This document shows positions 51,916 to 64,000 of a stretch of DNA of 64,000 bases, in pieces. The translations under genes and the position numbers were made by a program. A model generated the notes under the pieces. The model did no database searches, was not told where the DNA came from, and worked only from the letters and a program-made list of their open reading frames with translations. The stretch is taken from assembly GCA_951406725.2 (NCBI GenBank), contig OX597820.1:62868001-62932000 (forward strand), in the 5' to 3' direction. The stretch comes from Octopus vulgaris. Lineage: Eukaryota. Numbering within the stretch: position 1 is the first letter of the stretch; each line of letters begins with the position of its first letter.

Positions 51916-53475
51916 CATACAGTAAAAAAAGGGTTTCTACTAAGATACATGTCATAACTACGGCTTCGTTTTCTTAGGATAGAATACTTTTGAAACCCTT
52001 CAACTATCTCCGGGGAGATTGTGCATGAAGCAGCTGTTAAACGTCCCTCTAAATACGACTTCTCAGCTACCAATATTGGAGATACATTAAATAATACAGT
52101 TCTAGATAGGCAATACATGAGAGAAGCAGATATGATTTTTGGTTTGAACTAATTTCACAATAAATCTGCTCATCGCCTTTGAACTTTGGCTGAAAAAAAG
52201 AACTGCTACGAATGCTGACTAGCACTTCAGAAAAGCAACCTTTCTTTTCTTCTTTAGTTCACATCATACATGAACGTTATGTAGATTATCTAGTGTAACA
52301 TCTTATATATGACTGGTGAGATATGATTTGGGAAGGAAAGGAAAACAAACAAGCACGACGAATCTCTATCATTAAGACTGTTATATTTCTCTCGGTGCTA
52401 GTGGCAGTTTTTCTAAGATATAGATTGTATATCATACACGAGAAGACTAACTACCTCTTACTCACACTACAAAGGCCAGTACTATTAGTTAGCAGATTCA
52501 TGTGGACTGTTGAGTTTTAGTTGAGTAACTTATTGTTTTTTTTGGGAGCCGTTTATTCTCTTTGATCGAGAACATTTATGGCTTTTTCATGAACATTTTG
52601 TCTTTTCTCCTGATGGCACATTCTCATAACGCATTATGAAATGAAAGGTAGTAGGATTTATCAAATGAAAAGCAGTATCTCATGCTGTTCGAGTGACCGT
52701 ATTGTGTTTGTATCCTTTTATAAATGTCGATACGAGCACTGAATTGGCTCAAAGACACTACTGTCGTTATCACTAAATCTTTAACCTAATCAATGTACAA
52801 CGGATGATATCAGTCATCGCCCAATAATTCTTAACAATTTAGTCAAAAATATTGATAAGTAGATATTCTGCTTATATTCAGACATGTAATCTTTTTAAGC
52901 GTAGATTTCATTATCTCCATCACGCATTAAAAGACAGTACTTCCAATTCTAGAATGCATCACACAGTGGACTACATTAATGCTTATAAATACAAAAACAA
53001 TAAAATGTTGTGTGGTATAATCCTCCATATCTTTTAAATAATTGTTCTAACGTTGCCACATATTTCTAAATCTTATAGATAAGCATTAGTCTAATCGCAT
53101 TAAAACAAGTTTGAACAATTTCATTATCGATACTGTTGCCATAATGGTTTCTTATTTCAATCCGAGAAATGGTTTTCTAAAAGGAAAAACCAAAAGACAA
53201 AACGATTAATTTGCTCATCACTATTTCAAAAAGATTCATTAATTAGATTAGTTTTTGCAGATAGTTGCATGCTATACCTATAGTACTGAAGACTGAAATA
53301 CGTGATCAGTTTTACTATCAGAGTGAATAAAGGAAAATGTTACGTTATACGTACATGATAATAAATATATAAATAAAACAAAAATTTCTTCACAGCTCTT
53401 CACGATGTGCGATGTATTCATATTTCGAAGCGCATGCGAACATTCTTATTTACAGGTCACTGTACGTCTTCGTTG

Positions 53476-53760
53476 AAGGCGTAATGACCCACTGGTTAGA
53501 ACAGCGGACTCGCGGTTTCGATTCCCAGACCAGGCGTTATTGAGCGAAAACACCTAAAAGCTCCAAGAGATTCCGGCAGGGGGTGGTGGCGACCCCTGTT
53601 GTACTCTTTCGCCCCAACTTTCTCTCAGTCTCCCTTCCTGTTTCTTGGGTAACGCTGCGATGGTCTGGCCTCCCGTCCAGCAGGGGGGAACACATACGCC
53701 ATAGAAACCGGGAAACCTGGTCCATGAGCCTGGCTAGGCTTGAAAAGGGCGACGTTTATC
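53476..53760 (+). mobile_element. CORE-related SINE subfamily B' (partial deletion)
   Basis: tRNA-like head (ggttagaacagcggactc...ggtttcgattcccagacc) and tail shared with 47392-47470. Confidence 0.75.
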
Positions 53761-53869
53761 GCTTTTTTTAATCATACGTCTTCATTTCTTCGATCATTTG
53801 AACAATCGGAACTCTGTAACATTGAACGGAGATATAAGAGTCTCGGGACTTTCAATCTATAACATAAGT

Positions 53870-54105
53870 TTCTTATTTCTTTACTGCCGAGAAGAGGCTA
53901 CACACAGAGGAGACAAACAAGGACAGATAAAAGGATTAAGTCGACTATATCGACCCCAGTGCGTAACTGGTACTTATTTAATCGACCCCGAAATGATGAA
54001 AGGCAAAGGCGACCCCGGGGGAATTTGAACTCAGAACGTAACGGTAGACGAATTACCGCTAAGCATTTCGCCCGGCGTGCTAACGTTTCTGCCAGCTCGC
54101 CGCTT
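53870..54105 (-). mobile_element. SINE family C, near full length
   Basis: Minus strand begins gcggcgagctggcagaaacgttagcacg...gagttcaaattccc (tRNA-like boxes). Confidence 0.88.
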
Positions 54106-54140
54106 ATAACATATGTTTCAGCCTGCGTAATGTGTGTGTA

Positions 54141-54195
<55 letters not shown>

Positions 54196-54761
54196 GCGTG
54201 CACGCATGCGCATGCGCGCGTATTTGTGTGTGTTAAGGCATTTGTAATGTCTCTCATGAGTACTAATGGTAACATGGAAACAAGTACAAACTGTTGCCTG
54301 GTCAACCCTCGGAGACTAAAGCGGTACTTCTACCTGGGTAAACTGGTGAGGATGGTTCCTAGAAACCCAGCAAAACTAAGACAAGACCTGTGAAAAAGAC
54401 GGGTGAATCACGTATATTTAGAACGAGTATCTAGTAATAGGTGTCAGAGATTTTGACTTTCTGCCATGCGTGCTGGAAGACCACTGGGAGTACAGCACCC
54501 CTCAGCTTGTGTTAAAGCAGGTATCGAAGACAAGGCCGCCCTGATATAAGCCGGATATGCAGGGAGTAGCAATGTACATTTTGGGAATAACTTGCCTACG
54601 CTTGAGCTATCACGGTCCCACACTCCTGAGCCTGTAATCCCTATTAGCAGTAGATATCTTAACTTGTCTCTACATCCTGACAATTGTGTGGAGAGGGTCT
54701 ATGAGATATTGTGCAAGCTTTATCGCACACAGGCATTGCTTTGGCAGTCCGGTATTCGGTA

Positions 54762-54947
54762 TGATGGATTGCTAGCCACTACAGCATTCTTTATTTTGTC
54801 TCCTTGATTATTTCTGTATTCCTTTCTGTGGAAGAGCGTAGGCTCGAAACGTTAAAAACTTTTTCACTTCCCGAGCGTTATACTAATACATCGGTTTCTT
54901 GTCTACACCACCTGTCTTCGTCTTTTGTGTTTTTTGTGAATTCCCCG
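54762..54947 (+). mobile_element. Second copy of the Penelope-like terminal repeat seen at 17610-17788
   Basis: tagccactaca...ctccttg...ctttctgtggaagagcgtaggctcgaaacgt...gagcgttatactaat...tacaccacctgtcttcgtcttttg, ending at (TA)n. Confidence 0.7.
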
Positions 54948-55002
54948 TATATATATATACATATATTATTATTATTATTATTATTATTTCTAAATCTCTC
55001 TA

Positions 55003-55064
<62 letters not shown>

Positions 55065-55761
55065 CTTTAACTAGCCAGAAAAACAATATTGGGTAAACTG
55101 ACTAATATTCGACTTAGAACTGGATAAGCCAATTTGCATCTCTAACATTTTCATGACAACAAGTTTGGAAATTAAATAAATTGTGAGTTAAATGCATGGC
55201 TTGGTTGCTAAAACACTTTAGAGCAAGCTCCTTTATATAGCATTGTGTTACAATGAATGAAAACAATTTGTCTATAATGTGTGTGCGGAAAGTACAAAGG
55301 AGTAGAGTTGCACATATGTTTTAACTCATTTTGGTGTATTCTTTAGTATCTGTGTACCAACTTTAAATATACACACATTGCTTTTAAACCTACTTGCAAT
55401 AACGGTTAAATAAACTAGTTAGCTCAATTTGCATATTTAATAATTTTGTTGCGACGTGTTCCATAATTAAATTACTGGCTTATTAACAATGTTTCATTTA
55501 TTCCTATAACTTAATGTAGAATATATTGGCAGATGTTTTCCTATTTGTTCGCTCCGTTACCGAACAGGCGAGTTGTTTACAACCGACAAAAGATGAATTG
55601 TTAGCTAAAATTTATTCATTATATAAACAAAGCGAAACACTGTTACTATACCAGTAATTTAATGTGTATTTATACGGGTATATATTTATACATCTTATAC
55701 ACTTATGCATGCAAATTACTTTGGCTTTGGTTTAGAATTCATGATTAGTTCATGTACTCTC

Positions 55762-55854
<93 letters not shown>

Positions 55855-56285
55855 TTTCTTTCTTTCTTTCTTTCCCTTTCGCACGTTTTCACTCTCCATC
55901 TTTTCCACACTCTCTCTCTCTTATGTCTCTCTCCTTTGTCTCTTCATCGGGGTACTTATGAATTTTCGCAGTCACGCAGAACCGGAATTTATTGTTTAAA
56001 AGATGAGAGTCTATCAGTCCATAACAATAAGCGGTAATAATAAGGGGGTAATTTAACACAAACTGAACAAGGGAAGCTGGAGAGATATTAAGAATTTCAG
56101 CTGCAAATGTAGCAGCATCTGCAGCGGCGACAGGAGCAGCACCCGCCGCCGCTGCAGCAGCAGGAGGAGGAGGAGCTGTAGTACCAAATATAAAATTTCT
56201 ATTTTAGTTACATAACCAAAATTCGAGAAGACGCAGAAGACGCAGAAGAAGAAGAAGAAGAAGAAGAAGAAGAAGAAGCAGAAGA

Positions 56286-56349
<64 letters not shown>

Positions 56350-56350
<1 letters not shown>

Positions 56351-58321
56351 GATTTCAAAGATTTCAAACTTCCTGAAGCACAATATGTCGTTGTGGAATA
56401 CGAATCTCCAATTATACCACTCTAATGGAGTACTTGCCTCAGAAAATATAAACATCAACTGTGGAATTTTTCAAGGTGACTCACTTTCACCTTTAATATT
56501 CTGCATAGCCCTAATACCCCTTACAAGTGAATTAAACAGAACAGGGTATGGGTATAAAATTGCCAATAAAAAAATAAGCCATCTATTTTATATGGATGAC
56601 TTAAAACTTTATGGTAAAGACAATATTGAACTTGAAGGCCTATTGCGCACCGTGAAAGCATTCAGCGATGACATCGGGATGGAGTTTGGACTTGAGAAGT
56701 GTGCCAAGGCCACTTTCCAGAAAGGGAAAGTGAAGACCACAAATTCAGTCGTGTTAGATGTTGACACAGTCATAAGAGAGCTTGAGCAAGAACAAACATA
56801 CAAATATTTAGGGAAAAATGAAGGGTCTGGTATTCAGCATACATGCATGAAAGAGAAAATCAGGAAGGAATGTTATAGGAGAGTTCGTGCAGTCCTGAAA
56901 TCTGAACTAAATGCACGTAACAAGGTGTTAGCTATAAATTCCCTAGCAGTTCCAGTTGTTACTTATAGCTACAATGTGTTGAACTGGAATATGAGTGAAG
57001 TAAAGAATATAGATAGAAAAATACGCAAGCTGCTGAGTTGTAATAGGATGCACCACCCAAAGGCAGACGTAGATCGCCTTTACCTTCCCAGAGCCCAAGG
57101 AGGTCGAGGCCTGATCCAATTTGAACTAGCTTACAAAACAACCACAATTGGACTGGCCAAATATCTCGAAATATCGAATGACTGGATGCTAAAGCTCGTG
57201 GAAAATCACGAGAGACGAAAGAAGCTTCATTCTATCATCAAGGAAAGCAAAAAATTTGCTATTGATCTCGTGCAGGATACCCAAACTGAACAACCCGAGG
57301 GAAGTACGGCAACTATTGTTGCAAAGAAGGTGAAAATGATGGCAATGAAAAAAGCGCACGAGCAATTGGCTGATAGGTGGGAGGAGAAACCTCTGCACGG
57401 CAAATATGTGACCCGCAGCAAACAAGCTGATGTTGACCAGAAGCAAACCCATCAGTGGCTGCGGAGCTCAGGGCTAAAAGCAGAGAGCGAAGGTTTCATC
57501 CTGGCTGCTCAAGACCAAAGCCTATCAACCCGGAACTACCAGGCCAATGTGATGAAAAATGGAGCAGACCCAAAATGCCGATTCTGCAACGACATGATTG
57601 AAACAGTGGACCACCTAATCTCTGGATGTAAAGTCTTAGCACCAGTGGAGTATAAATTAAGACATGACAGAGTTGGCCAATATCTCCACTGGCTAATAAG
57701 TCGGCATTACAATATCAAAACTGCCGACAAGTGGTATAATCACCACCCTGAGGCTGTAACTGAAGGAGAAAATGTAACCATTCTGTGGGACTTTCCAGTA
57801 CATACAGACCGAACCATCAAGGCCAATAAACCAGATATTGTTGTGAAAGACCAAAACAATAAAGTTTGCTTATTGATCGACATGAGCATCCCCTGTGATC
57901 ATAATATCTCAGCGAAAGAGTTTGACAAGCTCAGAAAATATAAAGACCTACTCATTGAAATTGAGAAAATGTGGCATCTCAAGGCGGTTACAATACCAGT
58001 GATCGTAGGAGCACTAGGAATGATCAAGAAGGGAACCGAAAATTATATGAGAATGATCCCTGGCTTACCATCCCTGCAAGAAGTGCAAAAGATTGTCTTA
58101 ACTGGTACATCACACGTATTGAGAAGAGCATTGTCGATGTGAGAACTGTTGCTGCTCATGTATTTTAATTTAACTTTAAAAAAAAAAAAAAAAAAAAAAA
58201 ATTAACGAACTACTGAGTTTGGCTTAATGGCCTACCAATATACACTATGAGTTTCTTTGCCCTAGAAGTCGGGAAGACACTCGGCAAGAAATGGAAGAAA
58301 ATTTGAAAGAAGAAAAAAAAA
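56350..58321 (+). mobile_element. 5'-truncated R4/Dong-clade non-LTR retrotransposon inserted in (TAA)n
   Basis: Open RT-CCHC-RLE frame, short 3' UTR with hairpin (tttctttgcc...ggcaagaaa), and pure (TAA)n on both flanks. Confidence 0.9.
56385..58142 (+). CDS. Reverse transcriptase (C-terminal part), CCHC zinc knuckle and restriction-like endonuclease
   Basis: GIFQGDSLSPLIF, HLFYMDDLKLY, YKYLG, LYLPRAQGGRGL, CRFC...HLISGC, RHD, KPDIVV...IDMSIP...KLRKY; no stops over 585 codons. The ATG is internal because the element is 5'-truncated. Confidence 0.92.
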   Translation: MSLWNTNLQLYHSNGVLASENININCGIFQGDSLSPLIFCIALIPLTSELNRTGYGYKIANKKISHLFYMDDLKLYGKDNIELEGLLRTVKAFSDDIGMEFGLEKCAKATFQKGKVKTTNSVVLDVDTVIRELEQEQTYKYLGKNEGSGIQHTCMKEKIRKECYRRVRAVLKSELNARNKVLAINSLAVPVVTYSYNVLNWNMSEVKNIDRKIRKLLSCNRMHHPKADVDRLYLPRAQGGRGLIQFELAYKTTTIGLAKYLEISNDWMLKLVENHERRKKLHSIIKESKKFAIDLVQDTQTEQPEGSTATIVAKKVKMMAMKKAHEQLADRWEEKPLHGKYVTRSKQADVDQKQTHQWLRSSGLKAESEGFILAAQDQSLSTRNYQANVMKNGADPKCRFCNDMIETVDHLISGCKVLAPVEYKLRHDRVGQYLHWLISRHYNIKTADKWYNHHPEAVTEGENVTILWDFPVHTDRTIKANKPDIVVKDQNNKVCLLIDMSIPCDHNISAKEFDKLRKYKDLLIEIEKMWHLKAVTIPVIVGALGMIKKGTENYMRMIPGLPSLQEVQKIVLTGTSHVLRRALSM

Positions 58322-58407
<86 letters not shown>

Positions 58408-58520
58408 AAGAAGAAGAAGAAAAGAAGAAGAAGAAGAAGAAGAAGAAGAAGAAGAAGAAGAAGAAGAAGAAGAAGAAGAAGAAGAAGAAGAAGAAGAAGA
58501 AGAAGAAGAAGAAGAAGAAA
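58322..58520. repeat. (TAA)n followed by (GAA)n
   Basis: Directly visible. Confidence 0.95.
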
Positions 58521-58996
58521 GACGAGGCGTTAAATATGATGAAACTGATGTGATAGAGTTATGGGTAATTGAGCAAAACTCCATTAAGGTGTATTGCAGT
58601 TGAAGCATGGCTTGCACTCTTGTATGCAAACGGACACTGTGACATGACTTAATATGACATCAGAGGTATGAGTAAATAAAATATCTAATGTAAGTTTATC
58701 AATGGAGCCAATATGGCAGTCTAGTCCGTGCTGGTAAAAAAATACGATTGTTCTAATTTCAATAGAGCAATTCTAATTTTCCTTAAGTGCTTCCTTAACA
58801 CTCCTCTAAGTTTCACGTATATAGGATTCCAAGAGTTCTGCACATGTTTCTTACGCCGCTTTATGAGGCACATCGGGAATTTAATCTTCTTTAGCTTTGA
58901 TATGTGGGTTTGATGCAGATAGCACAAAATTACTTGGATGGGTGTTATTTTCAAAGGGGCAAAATTTACATGTATGTATGTATATATGTATGCATG

Positions 58997-59030
<34 letters not shown>

Positions 59031-59068
59031 TGTATGTATGTATGTATGTATGTATGTATGTATGTATG

Positions 59069-59100
<32 letters not shown>

Positions 59101-59124
59101 CATACATACATAACCAAAAAAGAG

Positions 59125-59285
59125 GAATAAGGACTTGCTGAAGGCTTCCTTAAGAGATGCTTACATCTATCCTGACACATGGGAAGGAATAGCTATTGAT
59201 AGTAGGAGGTGGAGAAGGTTTGAGAGGACAGCCACTTTTAAGAAATCTCGAGTTGTACATGAGAAAGTAAGGCGGGAACGTGCAC
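59125..59285 (+). mobile_element. RTE-type LINE C-terminal fragment
   Basis: [29 protein letters not shown]...F...R...RRER resembles the RTE KDxLKxSL...WExxAxDRxxWR motif. Confidence 0.65.
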
Positions 59286-59617
59286 ATCTTCACTCGCCTT
59301 TTTCGCCAAAGGTATACGCATATATATACAAACTCATACACACCCACGCGTACCGAAAATGTTCATACATACGTCTATATACGCTCAATCACAAGAAAAA
59401 ACATGATTAAAGATAACAATACAGAAAAAACATAGGGAAGTATACAAAGCGTAAAACCACGTTTATATACGGACATACCCTTATGCACGCATACACATAC
59501 ACGCCCATACATGTACATACCCACACATGTTTATATACACACACACGCATACACCAAAAAAGGATTATACATACGCTCAAAAAAACCGAAAAAATTGTAA
59601 AAATACTGAGTACAAAC

Positions 59618-59653
<36 letters not shown>

Positions 59654-59889
59654 GTATGCCCGCACACACGCACACATCTATATACATACATACCCGCCCT
59701 CTCATACATATTCACACATGCGTACAAATGAATCTATATACACGTCTATATAGGCACAAGAAAAAATGCAGGATGGAAGAGTACAGAAAAAAAATTACGT
59801 GTAAAAATATAGAAATATATGAAAAAATAAAAGGTATAATGAGATAAAAAACTTTTTGGGACATAATATAGAAAGCAAGTTCTATATGT

Positions 59890-60157
59890 ATTCTTGGGGG
59901 GGACCAAAAACGTAACAAAAATTTTGTCACATTTGGGCATGATCCGAAAAGTTCTGTCCTTGAGTTTAGACATGTAGTAGGGTCTAAGCTGCTTTTCCAG
60001 ATAAGCCATCTCTTCATGTCGCATAGACCGCACTTTCCGCTGCCGTTGGTGTAGGGCTTATATTTGGCCAAAATCTTCCAATGGATGTTGTAATTGACAC
60101 CTTTATCTTTTAATGACCATATATGATTGGATAATTTTGTCGCTTTCTTTTTGTTCC
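59890..60157 (-). mobile_element. Penelope-like endonuclease C-terminal fragment
   Basis: KKATKLSNHIWSLKDKGVNYNIHWKILAKYKPYTNGSGKCGLCDMKRWLI...LNSRTELFGSCP...KFLL, collinear with the end of the 25178-25687 ORF. Confidence 0.8.
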
Positions 60158-60304
60158 TCTATTTACATAATATTGAGGTATCTTTCTTTCTTTTATCTTA
60201 CCGTTTTTACCAATATATATATATATATATATAATAGGCCTGTGTATATGTATGTGTTGCTTATATAAGCATATATGGCCTTCTCTTTTTATTTATGTAT
60301 TTGA

Positions 60305-60347
<43 letters not shown>

Positions 60348-61266
60348 CGACTATAAATCGCTGACTTTGAACCAACCCACAAGATGGTGTACCTGCGGTT
60401 CAAGGAAGCCATTTCAAATGCATCCAAAAATTTTACTTGTAACTGTACTCATATTTACTGATTTGCTGTAAAACATGCTTGGCATTGTGCTGTCACCTTA
60501 AAAGCTAATGCGATCGGGCTAATGTTGGTGACGGCGACGACGATGACAATGATGATGATGTCGTTTACGACATTGATGTCATTCTAGCTTGAATTAGTTG
60601 AAAAGTTTTACGATATGAAGTGTTGCTTCGAATATCTTGTTCGAAATTTTAAAGATTTCAAAACAACTTGTTCAATAACATTCTAGAAAATTTTGTTGAT
60701 ATTTTCTTCAAATTCTGACCTAATTCAGGCAATGATAGTTAATCCGAATGTTAGCAGGATATATGACAGACAGACACACCGACATAGGCACGCATGTTCA
60801 CATACATATACGTAGACATGCATTCATATATAAATTCAAACCCTTAATTATTTCTTTCTCTATCTGCACCTCTCTGTCTGTCTCTGGCATTTTCTGAACC
60901 TGTGTCTCTGTCTGTCCGTTTCTCTGTATATACATACATACTTACATACACACATACACACACAATCTCGAGCATATGGATGTATATATTCATAGACATA
61001 TATATAGACATACAACACTCGCGTACACACGTATTTACATATGTATATACATACGCTTTCTCCTCATAAATACAACATCTTAATAAAATGCTCTCTGGAT
61101 TTTGAAATACACATACGCATATAAACATATGTATACCTAATAAGCGATCAATCTGACATGTACGCATACCTAGGGGCAAACATTTTATTCATACATACGT
61201 ACATAGATACATGCTTGCATACATACATAGATACATATATACATACATACATACATGCTTGCATAC

Positions 61267-61321
<55 letters not shown>

Positions 61322-61505
61322 CATACATACATACATACATACCTACATACATACATACATACATAGCCATGCATACGTATAAATTTATGTACAGGTCTAT
61401 AAACACAAACTTGTCGAGAAAGAATTTAAAAAAGAAATAAAGTTGAATCTGTGTTGTTGACGTAGCATTGGAACAGGAACAGTAGTAGGCACCCACTACC
61501 GTCAG

Positions 61506-61591
61506 CTTCATCTTCATCTTCATCTTCATCATCAACATCATCATCATCATAATCCTCATCATCGTCGTCGTCATCATCATCATCATCACCA

Positions 61592-61660
<69 letters not shown>

Positions 61661-61715
61661 TCGTCGTCGTCGTCGTCATCATCATCGTCATCATCGCCAT
61701 CATCGTCCTCATCAT
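61506..61715. repeat. (CAT)n/(CGT)n microsatellite
   Basis: Directly visible. Confidence 0.95.
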
Positions 61716-61766
61716 CCTAAGCTTTTAGTTACTGGAAGTTCATGTTTTATTATACATGTTCCAGAT

Positions 61767-61805
<39 letters not shown>

Positions 61806-62088
61806 CTTATATATTTATTGCTTTATTTACAATGGCTTTTGTTCCTGTGTTTTGATTATTATATATGTGATTTGCTTTGTTTTGTTCTGATTTTCCTTCT
61901 TTTTTTTTCTTTTAAATTACATTCCAAGAAAATGTTCCTTTGTTTTCCAGCTCTCACCTATTGGGAATATAGAAAATCCGATGGCCTTGAAAGATATTAG
62001 AAGACTTTCGCTTTAAAACATTCTCCAAGAAACCAAATCTAAAGATATATTTCGAAACCTACATACATACACACCTCAAGAAATCTGC

Positions 62089-62144
<56 letters not shown>

Positions 62145-62552
62145 TACAAATGTACATACATATGCTTGCATACTGGTGTAGATATAGATTTATATAAGTA
62201 AAAGGCATCACGCATACCACGACAAAAACTAACATAAAATACAAAAACGACAATGGAACCACAAACAAGAACAACAACAACAACAACAACAGCAACAACA
62301 AGAACGACAACAACAAAAAGCGGCTATTATGACGAGGATTGGATGTAGAATTCAGTTAGATAAAAACAAAATCGTTTCTTTGATTTTCATTCAGAATCTT
62401 CAACAATGAAACGCTATATTTGAATACTGATGCTGAGAAACACAGTCGATATGTGTGTGTGTTTTTGTGTGTGTGTGTATACGTAGATACATACATATAT
62501 ACACATATATGCATATATATATACACACACACACACAAACACACACACACAT

Positions 62553-62607
<55 letters not shown>

Positions 62608-62661
62608 TACATATACACATAGATATATATATACGTGTCCATATATATGTATGTATGTATG

Positions 62662-62749
<88 letters not shown>

Positions 62750-63327
62750 TATTGAGAGAGACATATACACAGACAGAGACACACATGGACACATATATAT
62801 ATATATGTATGTATGTATATATATATATATATGTACGTACGTGTAGGAGTGTTCTGCGTTTTAACATGAATGTTTGTTTGCTTCAGCGTATCTATGGACA
62901 TATCTTTCTGAACATTTTCCCTCAAATGCATTTGATGTATAAATAAACACATGCACATGCACGTACAAGCATGCTCAAAAGTACATACTCATTTATTCAG
63001 AGGCACACACAAATAAATGTTCCTGTCCACATATGTTTATATATAAATACAATTATATTTGTTATATAGTATATTCCTACAGAGGAAATAATACAAAATT
63101 CGATCTGTATACTCCTAAAACATGTTATATCACCCTTTTTTTATATTATACACGATACATTACAATTAGACAGTTATACACTAATACAAATATACATAAA
63201 TACGTGTGTGTGTAGAAGGTGGTTAGTTGTATATATATATATATATATATATCATATTTATATATATGTGTGTGTGTGTGTGTGTGTCTGTGTGTGTGTG
63301 CCTGTGTCTGTGTGTGTGCGTGTGTAT

Positions 63328-63730
63328 ACTCTTTACTCTTTTATTTGTTTCAGTCATTTGACTGCGGCCATTCGGAAGCGCCGCCTTTAGTCGAGCAAAT
63401 CAAACCCAGGACTTATACTTTTGTAAACCTAGTACTTATTCTATAGGTCACTTTTGCCGAACTGCGAAGTTACGGGGACATAAACACATCACCATCGGTT
63501 GTCAAACGATGTTGGGGAGACAAGCACAGACGCACAAACACATAGACACACATACATATACATATATACGACGGGCTTGTTTCAGTTTCTGGCTACCAAA
63601 TCCACTCACAAGGCTTTTGGTCGGCCTGAGGCTATAGCAGAAGACACTTGCCCAAGGTACCAAGCAGTGGGACTGAATCCGGAACCATGTGGTTGGTAAG
63701 CAAGCTACTTACCACACATCCACTCCTGCG

Positions 63731-63732
<2 letters not shown>
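63328..63732 (-). mobile_element. tRNA-derived SINE family A, full length
   Basis: Collinear with 25711-26122 and 1325-1736. Confidence 0.9.
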
Positions 63733-63785
<53 letters not shown>

Positions 63786-63788
63786 GTA

Positions 63789-64000
63789 ATGAATGACCAT
63801 GGGATTGCACCTAGAAAGTTACCCTCCTAGACACAAGTCCGGGCACGGTTGTTTATGGAAGACCAGCAGTCGCCCATGCATACCAGCCTCCCCTCTCCAC
63901 GCCACCAGTGTTATCCAAGGGAAAGACAAAGGTCGATACAGCTTGGCACCAGTGACGTCGCAACTCATTTCTACAGCTGAGTGAACTGGAGCAACGTGAA
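63789..64000 (-). mobile_element. CORE-type SINE family B (cut by window end)
   Basis: atgaatgaccatgggattgcacctagaaagttacc...caactcatttctacagctgagt matches 23808-24025. Confidence 0.88.

Noticed and set aside
53283-53312. CTGAAGACTGAAA minimal hammerhead-like word
   Set aside because: No stem II and no stem I pairing.

Overview
AT-rich, extremely microsatellite-dense eukaryotic DNA with no recognisable intact host gene. The tRNA-derived SINE families and the density of (TA)n/(TAA)n/(TATG)n repeats point to a coleoid cephalopod, probably Octopus (inference). Almost all ORFs in the supplied track are translations of simple repeats. Real coding remnants are: a 5'-truncated R4/Dong-type non-LTR retrotransposon with an open 585-aa RT/CCHC/RLE frame inserted in (TAA)n (56350-58321), several older Dong fragments, two Penelope-type GIY-YIG endonuclease fragments, an RTE fragment, and fossil Tc1/mariner (DD37D and mariner), hAT (Buster-like) and Chapaev3-like transposases. 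There is also a short non-autonomous Helitron and an intronless 5' fragment of PA2G4/EBP1. The most notable signal is non-coding: several unrelated type I hammerhead ribozyme motifs. Two have complete cores (24688-24778 downstream of a GIY-YIG ORF; 29257-29318 in the loop of a perfect 100-bp inverted repeat inserted in a SINE's (TA)n tract), and there are variant or degenerate copies. This suggests Penelope-associated ribozyme or retrozyme-like elements that target TA microsatellites. All folding and alignments were done by eye.
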